From NCBI GenBank assembly GCA_963514005.1, contig OY740807.1, forward strand, positions 34,968,001 through 35,032,000: DNA of 64,000 nucleotides, read 5' to 3'. The stretch is from Raja brachyura (taxonomy: Eukaryota). This document shows positions 1-64,000 of this stretch, piece by piece. Under the pieces are notes generated by a model, which was not told the DNA's origin, did not search any database, and saw nothing but the letters and a program-made list of their open reading frames with translations. The first letter of the stretch is position 1. Each line of letters begins with the position of its first letter. A program made the position numbers and the translations under genes.

Positions 1-337
1 AGTTCAATGGGGAATGGAAAAGATCATGCAGAAGCCAACCTATTAAAGTGAGTGAACCTAAGACTACATTAAATAATAATATGCCTGCTGAAATAATAGT
101 GTGTTGTAAACCAGCATCAGCAGTCACACAACAAATGGACTCAATCAATTAAAGCTCTACTCTTGCCAAATGTAGTCATGAATAATCACCAATGCTCATA
201 TTGCTAAGTGTCAGTCATGGTTTAACCACCAGAGGAGGCTGTCCATAAAAATTTATATCCATGATGGTGGCACCCAATATAACTCAAAAGATGAGCACTA
301 GCGATTATTTGCAGCCTTCGGGACCACGATGAGACCT

Positions 338-432
338 CACTTCCATCCCCTCATCCGCACCCTCCCTCCATCTTCACATCCTTGCCCTCATCCCTCCCTC
401 TCATCCTCCATCCCCGCCTCCCTCCATCCTCA
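338..432. repeat. Low-complexity pyrimidine-rich (CCTCCAT/CCCTCAT-like) tract
   Basis: Degenerate short C/T-rich repeats. Confidence 0.7.
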
Positions 433-664
433 TTATTTGTAGCTCGAAGTGCAAATGGGGTAATCTATCTTAATCTATCTCAGTCTTCCGAGGCTCGATA
501 TCTCAAAATATAGTCTTCAGCCAATTTGAGCCATTTCAAGATAAAGAAATGGCTCAGACTGTACACAGTATGTCTAGGTTTTGCCGTGCATGGGCATGTA
601 ATATAAGTGCTGGCTGGCTCGAAGGGCCGAATGGCCTCCTCCTGCACCTATTTTCTATGTTTCT

Positions 665-1055
665 ATAAGTGGATTTGCCGCAAATGGAAACTAATAATGT
701 ACATAATCAAGGACGAGTCTCAACCCGATCACTCCCTCTTCTCCTCTCTCCCATCAGGAAAGAGGTACATAAGTGTGAAAAACACCTCCAGATTCAGTTT
801 CTTCCCAGCTGTTATCAGGCAACTGAACCATCCTACCAACAATTAGAGAGTGGTCCTGAGCTACTATCTACCTCATTGAAGACCCTCGGAATATATTTAA
901 TTGGACTTTATCTTGCACTAAACGTTATTCCATTTATCATGTATCCGTAACGGTGGGCGACTCAACTGTAATCATGAAGAGTCTTTCCGCTGACTGCTTA
1001 GATTGCAACAAAAAGCTTTTCCCTGAACCTCGGCACACATGATAATAAACTAAAC
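665..1055 (+). mobile_element. Rex/Babar-type LINE 3' end
   Basis: IIKDESQPDHSLFSSLPSGKRY..SFFPAVIRQLN then a 3' UTR ending aataaactaaac; the same UTR recurs at 19460-19725. Confidence 0.75.
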
Positions 1056-1255
1056 CACTGCTGCCTATATGTTGGAGGGAAGGAGAACACTCGAATGTCA
1101 AATAACAATAGTTATATTAATTCAAACCTGCATAAAGTTGTAAGTTGCAGGATATGGAAACATTTTTCAGCATTTGCACTAACCCATATTTGCTTAATAC
1201 CTACAATTCATCCACTTGCACAACTACACCGACATGTAACTCAATGGACTATTAC

Positions 1256-57353
<56,098 letters not shown>

Positions 57354-58264
57354 CTAAAGAAGAAAAAAAAATAAAGAATTGAGAAATTATACTGCAATTA
57401 GAGTTTTGGAAGAATTCAATTATGTAAACATTTTACAAAATTGAAGCAGCTGAATTCCTTTACAGAATTGAATGAAATACTAATTCTCAATTTTCCTTTA
57501 AAGTATTTTACAGTCACTTTATCCACAGCTTCAGTGTCCATAGGAGGAAACTCTTGTTCATTCATTGCGAGTTACGCACTCATTGACGAGATTAGTTTCT
57601 TTTTGCAACTATATATTGTTCCTTTTAAGCTTGGCAGTTATGTGCTTGGGCAGCAATACAATATTACAAAACTTTATAAGAACACTGTCAAAGCGCAATA
57701 GCAAGCAAATGCAAACAATGCAATCCCCCCCAAACAAGACGTTTTGGCTAATGGATACTAGCGTAATGAGAAACTGCGCAAACAAAACTGCTATATGGCG
57801 CATGCATGAATGCAGTAGCAAAGTTCAACAGTCTGTTACAAAAAACTGCACGATGCATAACTCAAGTGGGGCAACATCTCCATATATCCTATTACACTGT
57901 TTTCAAGAGTTCAACAACATTTCAAAGAATTATGGACCATGATATTAGCAGGGACTGGTTATAATTATTATTCCTGATGGGTGGGAAAGTAAAGCAAACA
58001 GAAACAGACATAAGTATTTTTGTGTTATGGAGAAAGCCATCAGAATATTAGATTTGGACAAATAAATTTAATTAGACTCTTAGCAAACTTAAATTTGCTG
58101 TTAGCTGTATATTACACATAGCCTGTAACAGACTGCCTTCAACAGAGCAAATAAGCTCCAGCTGAGCTCCCTACAATTACAACTTCCCTCTATCCTGAGG
58201 CGAGAAATATAGATGTTTGCTAATACCTTCACAATTTTCAGCTCTGTGCAAAGCTCTCCAGTTA

Positions 58265-58480
58265 AGGAAGTACTCCACAGAATTCATTGCTGTGGAGGCC
58301 AAGTCTTTGGGTATTTTTAAAGCAGAGATTGATAGGTTCTTGATTAGTACGGGCGCCAAAGGTTACGGGGAGAAGGCAGGAGAATGGGGTCGAGTGGGAA
58401 AAATAGATCAGCCTTGATTGAATGATGGAACAGGCTCGATGTGCCAAATTGCTTAATTCTACTGATATATCTTATAGACA
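58265..58480 (+). mobile_element. CR1 LINE 3' end
   Basis: AVEAKSLGIFKAEIDRFLIS peptide remnant plus 3' UTR. Confidence 0.75.
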
Positions 58481-58904
58481 TATGAGCATGCCTGATGCAG
58501 ATGGACCTTGTCAACATCCAGGCATGGGCTATTAAGTGACAAGCAACATTCTAGCTACACTAGCACTTGCCAAGAACTAGCTTCAACAAGACAAGACTGT
58601 AATTAATAGCAGTGTTTTGAAGATCAATGTTGGTCAGAAATGCAACTGAACCAAATTCCACAGCAATAAAAGAAATGCAGAAATCATTTATCCGTGGCAG
58701 ATATCCAATATTTTTTCAACTACAATTTCTGGAGTCATCAAAGGGAAATATAGATTATGATATGTGCGACAGTGAGAGGGGTGCAAATTAGTAGCAAGTA
58801 GATAAATTACATGGTTCATATCCAACTCTTCCCTAAATTCTCTTGACATCTTCACCTCAATCATTGAGGATAGTTTAGCTACCAAAGTCCATTATAATCC
58901 CAAC

Positions 58905-59450
58905 AATTTCTGCAACTACCTCGACTACACCTCCCACGTTGTTTATTTTTTCCGTTTTTGTCATGCCATAAATGCTCTGGAGACAAGACTTCCCACACCA
59001 TTGCCTTTTAGATGTCTTCCTTTTCTCCTAACCATAGCTTTCCTTTTATTGTAGTTGACAAAAGGCACTGAAATATGTCGTCTCCATATTCTGCATTACC
59101 TCTTTCAATTACTTCTTCCAGTTAAAATAAGGTTTGGGTTACCTTGAGATTTTCCATTCATTCATTCCTTTCTACCTCATACTTTCAATAGACCATCTTC
59201 CATAATTCCTGTCAGCTCTAACAGATTTGCACTACCAAAGACTGGACGCATACAGATTTACAGAATACCTCTGTTCAATCTGCAAGGGCGACTCCTTGCT
59301 GCCAACCTCCTGTCACATTAATTACCTGTTCTGATCTTACTTTGTTGTATTGCATTGCATTTGGCATCGTTGAAGCAATCAAGGAATAGCACCTCATCCT
59401 TACAGCCTTCAAGACTTAATACACAAATTACGAATTCTGAATAAAACACT
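58905..59450 (+). mobile_element. Highly decayed Penelope-like element ORF remnant
   Basis: aactacctcgactacacctcccac (YLDYTSH) and downstream pyrimidine-rich sequence typical of the Penelope RT C-terminus; similar remnants near 2280-2700 and 39440-39960. Confidence 0.45.
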
Positions 59451-60494
59451 TCTTCCCTTGATCTTTCTTGCTTCATTATTTTATTTCTCTCTGCTGTCCA
59501 CAACTATTTTTCATAGTAATTGCTCTTGCACCTCTAATTCTGTTAAAGTCTTTGATTAAAAACCAAATTATGTTTTTTTGCCCATAAGACTCCAACATCT
59601 TGGTCTTATTTCAAATTACAGTATCAGGTGTTTTTTGAAGTGAGAAGGTTAGTTCCTATTTATTTCCCAAGGAAAACTCTATTCCATTTGTTATTGGAAG
59701 GTTTTCAATTAATAGGAATGCATTTCCAGGTATTATAAAGATATACATTGCAAGGTGCAAAGGAGATCAGTACTTTGATGCTCCTCACTGCAAAGATAAA
59801 TACCTTAAGCTTAAAAAGTAACTAAAATTACCAGCAGGTACATGGCATAGACATGGTTAGTTACATGGAACCTAATTATTCTCACTGAATCAATATTAAT
59901 TCTTCATGAAATGCACATATAATTTCCCTACTCTATCCTTTTTTTAAGTCTCATTAAAACACACATCTATTTTTGCACTGTTAATCATTCCACATTGATA
60001 TCGCCCATATGCATAGGCATTGGAAGATGACACCACATTCTATTAGCCATTTCATGGACCACCTCTTGCATGCTCGCACTACAAATTGTGTGACGATTAG
60101 GAACAAGACCAAAGATGTACTATACAACTTTATTTATCCCAGGAGGGAAATTGATCTGCCAACAGTCATTAAAACTCAAAATACATGAAACATGAAATGA
60201 AAGTGACAAATGGAAAGGATTGGGGATGTGCAAAGATTGGGTAGTGGTGGGGGGGGGGGGGGGAGGGGAGTCAGTCTCAGACTATCCCACGGCAGAGGGG
60301 AGAGGAGTTGTACCACTGCTACCGTAGAGTTGGTGCTAGCCGAAGTATAAGAGAAGCATAATTCTGCCAAATCACAATCAGTCACGGAATCAGATGTCTG
60401 ACAGAGGTATTTAAAAGGATATTCAAAACACATGTAACTGATTTTTTAAAAAATCAGTAAAGTATAAAAATACCACAACAGTAAACTAAATCAG

Positions 60495-60612
60495 TAGAAA
60501 CAAGGAACTGGAAATGCTGGTTTACAAAGAAAATGCTGGAGTAACTCAGCGGGTCAGGCAGCATCTTGGAGAACATAGACAGACGACCAGGTCAGGACCC
60601 TCCTTCAGACAC
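60495..60612 (-). repeat. Penelope-derived short repeat
   Basis: aacaaggaactggaaatgctgg...ctggagtaactcagcgggtcaggcagcatc...ccttcagac. Confidence 0.65.
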
Positions 60613-60894
60613 GAGTTCAACACTGAGGATAAAGGTGGCGTCAGGGGGTGGGTTGTCTGATTGACATAAGTACAGAAAAAATAGAAAGTAAGAAACATCG
60701 AAGAGGTTTCTAAAACCACAACGTTTAAAAAGGAGCAGGAGGGTTTGTGGTATCTGTAGGCTTGTTGTCACGCTGATAGTGAATGGAATCTGGGTTGTCG
60801 TACTTGAGAGGATGGAGGTGGCAGAATGTCTCACAGCAATTACTAAGTATCTAAATTAACCTCAGAATTGCCGAGGCGTATGAGGCAAGAGTGC

Positions 60895-62005
60895 TCAAGA
60901 GTGTTTAATTAAGCATATGTCATGAAAACAGAGTAATTAATTTTTTACTTGCACTGTATAAATACACAGATAACGTAATAGACAAAAAAAGTGCAATAAA
61001 TTAAAAACAAATAATTAGCGTAAGACAAAAGTCTTTAGTGCAAGTTTAGTTGGTGCCTAATGTTCAGGAACCAGATGGATGCTGGGGAGAAGCTGTTCCT
61101 GAACCTGGAGCTCATAGCTCTCAAACCCGTATCTTCATCCGGTTGGCAGGTATTAAATAAGAGTGTAGCCAGGGTGGTACAGGTCCTTGATAGTGCTGGC
61201 TCTCTTTTTGATGCAGCCTCTCCTATGGATCCCTACGATGGTGGGGAGGTCAATATCTGTGATGGATCCAGCAGAGTACGCCACTTTTTGTAATCGCCTT
61301 TATTCCTGGGTGTTCGAGTTGCTGAACCAGCCAGTCAATATGTTCTCCTGAACAGTTTCAAGTGAGTATTCATACTGAATCATCTCAATGTTCTAAGGAA
61401 GTAGAGGCATTGATGGGCTTTCTTTATGATGCTTTCATCAATGTGCTGGGCCCAGGACAGATCTTTAGAGGCATGAACACCCAGGAACTTGAAGTTGTTG
61501 ACTGTCCGCCACAGACCCATTGATCAACGCAGATTTGTAGATCCTTGGCTTACCTCTTAAAATCAATTAGCTCCTTAGTCTTACTAACATTGTGCGCACG
61601 GTTGGTGCTCCTGCACTAATCAGACCATCTATCTCTCTCCTATACTCAGACTCATCATTACCCATAACTCGTCCAACATCATTGGTGTTGTCGGCAAATT
61701 TAAAGTTTGAGTTGGAACTGTGTCCAGCCACATAATCATTGGTATAGAGCGACTGGGCATACAACCTTGAGGTGCCCCTGTGCTGATGCTTATCAAGGAA
61801 GATGTGCAGTTGCCAATTTACACCAATTGTGGTCTGTTGAAGAAGTCAAGGGTCCAGTTGCAAAGTAATGTGTAGACAGCCAGTTCCCAAGCTTGAAAAT
61901 AGGTTTGGAGGGGATGTAGTTAATGAACAACAGCCTGTCATATGTGTTCTTATTGTCCAAATGGTCCAGTGCAGAGTGGAAAGCCAGCTAGATCGCATCC
62001 CTCCT
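60895..62005 (-). mobile_element. Rex/Babar-type LINE fragment (RT C-terminus and 3' UTR)
   Basis: Decayed peptide YTNDYVAGHSSNSNFKFADNT..VGRV...ESEYRREID; upstream TGAPQG-like stretch; abuts the CR1 insertion. Confidence 0.75.
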
Positions 62006-62012
62006 TTATCTA

Positions 62013-63840
62013 TTAGAGTCATAAAGTGTGGAAACAGGCCCTTCGGCCTAACTCGCCCACACTGGCCAACAATGTCCCATCTACCCTAGTCTCACGTGCC
62101 TGCGCTTGGTCCATAACCCTCCAAACATGTTCTGTCCATGTACCTGTCCAACTGGTTCTTAACAGATGGGATAGTCCCAGCCTCAACTACCATCTCTGGC
62201 AGCTTGTTCCATACACCCACCACCCTCTATGTGATAATGTTACCCCTCAGATTCCTTTTAAATCTTTTCCCCTTCACCTTGAACCTATGTCCTCTGGTCC
62301 TCGATTCCCCAACTCTGGGTAACAGACTCTCTGCAACTACCCGATCTATTCCTCTCACGATTTTATATAACTCTGTAAAATCTTCCCTCATCCTCCTACG
62401 TTCCATGGAATAGAGACCCAGCCTACTCAACCTATAGCTCACACCCTCTAGTCCTGGCAACATCCTTGTAAATCTTTTTTGAACCCTTTCAAGCTTGACA
62501 ATATCTTTCCTATAACATGGTGCCCAGAACTGAACACAATATTCTAAATGCGGTCTCACCAATGTCTTGTACAACTGCTACACGACATCCCAATACTCAA
62601 TACTCTGACTGATGAAGGCCAAAGAGCCAAAAGCCTTTTTTGAGCACCTTATCTGCGACTCAACCTTTATGGAACCATGCACTTGTACTCCTAGATCCCA
62701 CTGCTCTACAACACGACCCAGAGGCCAACCATTTACTGTGGAGATGCTGCCCTTGTTCGACGTCCCAAAATTCAACACCTCACACTTCTCTGTATTAAAT
62801 TCCATCAACCATTCCTCCGGCCACCTGGCCAATCGATTCAGATCCTGCTGCAATCGTTCACAACCATCTTCATTATCTGCAAAATCACAAACTTTTATAT
62901 CACCAGCAAACTTGCTAATCTTGCTCTGTATGTTCTCATCCAAATCATTGATGTAGATGACAAACAGTAAGGGGCCTAGCACCAAACCCTGTGGCACACC
63001 ACTAGTCACAGGACTCCATTCTGAGAAGCAACCTTCCACCATCACCCTCTGCTTCCTTCCATGGAGCCAATTTGCTATCCATTCAGCTATCTCTTCTTGG
63101 ATCCCATGAGATCTAACCTTCCACAGCAGCCTACCATGTGGCACCTTGTTGAACGCCTTACTAAAGTCCACGTACACAACATCTACAGTTCTGCCGTCAT
63201 CAACCATTTAGCTCATGTCTTTAAAAAAAAATCAGATTTGTGAGACACGACCTCCCACGTACAAAACCATGCTAACTGTCCCTAATCAGCCCTTGCCCAT
63301 CCCAATGCCTGTATATCCTATCCCTCAGAATACTCTCCAGTAACTTACCAACTACAGGTGTTAAGCTCACCGGCCGATAGTTTCCAGCATTTTCCCTGCA
63401 GACCTTCTTGAAAAGAGGCACAACATTTGCAACCTTCCAATCCTCTGGCACCACCCCTGTATTCATAAATTTTAACCAGGACTCCCGCAATTAGCTCTCT
63501 AGTTTCCCGCAAAGCCCTCAGATATATCTGATCAGGCCCCGGATATTTGTCTACCTTCAAATACGACAGTACCTTCAGTATCTACTGTCTTTCTCCTCGC
63601 TAGATACAGAGGAGAAATTCTCCTTGAGGACCTTGCCCATCTCCTGTGGCTCCATACAGAGGTGACCGCTTCTATTCCTGAGAGGTCCCACTCCCTCTCT
63701 AGTTACCCTTTTCACCCTAATGTATTTATTAAATCTTTTGGGATTGTCTTATGCTACCCGCCAGAGCTATCTCCTGGCCCCATTTTGCCCTTCCGATTTG
63801 CCCTCTTTTAGTTTGGTCGTTAGTTCCCGAAATTCCTCCA
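62013..63840 (-). mobile_element. CR1 LINE, 5'-truncated, RT domain with frameshifts plus 3' UTR
   Basis: ORFs 63272-63490 (VPEDWKVANVVPLFKK..NYRPVSLT), 62578-63207 (DFSKAF..SGVPQG..LGPLLF..FAGD) and 62227-62574 (LVRPHLEYCVQFWAP). Confidence 0.95.
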
Positions 63841-64000
63841 GGGACGGCTGAAAAAATCACCGGGACTTCTCTTCCTTCAATCCGGGACATTGCGTGCAAA
63901 CGTTGCTTGTCAAGGCCAACAGCATTATAAAAGAGCCCACACATCTCCATCATGGACTGTTCACTCTGCTGCCCTCGGGCAAAAGGTATCGCAGAACAAG
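63841..64000 (+). mobile_element. Rex/Babar-type LINE ORF 3' fragment
   Basis: Reads TAEKITGTSLPSIRDI...IIKEPTHLHHGLFTLLPSGKRYR, typical of the Rex1/Babar C-terminus. Confidence 0.7.

Noticed and set aside
57354-64000. Search for USP32 exons 1-2 and promoter
   Set aside because: No sequence encoding MGAKES or VTDVELKRLKDAF and no CpG island was found; these lie beyond the window.

Overview
AT-rich vertebrate genomic DNA. The repeat content (HE1/HER1-type V-SINEs, CR1, Rex/Babar, Penelope-derived repeats, Tc1) points to a cartilaginous fish, probably a skate or ray; this is inference. The whole window lies inside one gene on the minus strand, USP32 (ubiquitin-specific peptidase 32). I traced 23 consecutive GT-AG exons between 57353 and 1256. 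They total 2842 nt, stay in frame, and encode the EF-hand region, the split DUSP domain, the Ubl-like region and the first part of the USP catalytic domain, including the Cys box [12 protein letters not shown]. They correspond to about exons 3-25 of the human gene (numbering recalled, not checked); the first and last exons fall outside the window. The introns are full of decayed transposable elements, several nested and several with readable target-site duplications. Most ORFs in the supplied track are spurious or TE fragments. I found no convincing new protein-coding system. The most interesting signals are: an in-frame alternative 5' splice site on exon 16; tandem minimal hammerhead-ribozyme-like motifs in Penelope-derived repeats; a CpG-rich non-autonomous hAT element with an internal hairpin next to exon 9; a structured short retro-insert inside a Tc1 copy; several perfect fold-back palindromes; and a ~190-bp inverted repeat flanking the assembly gap.
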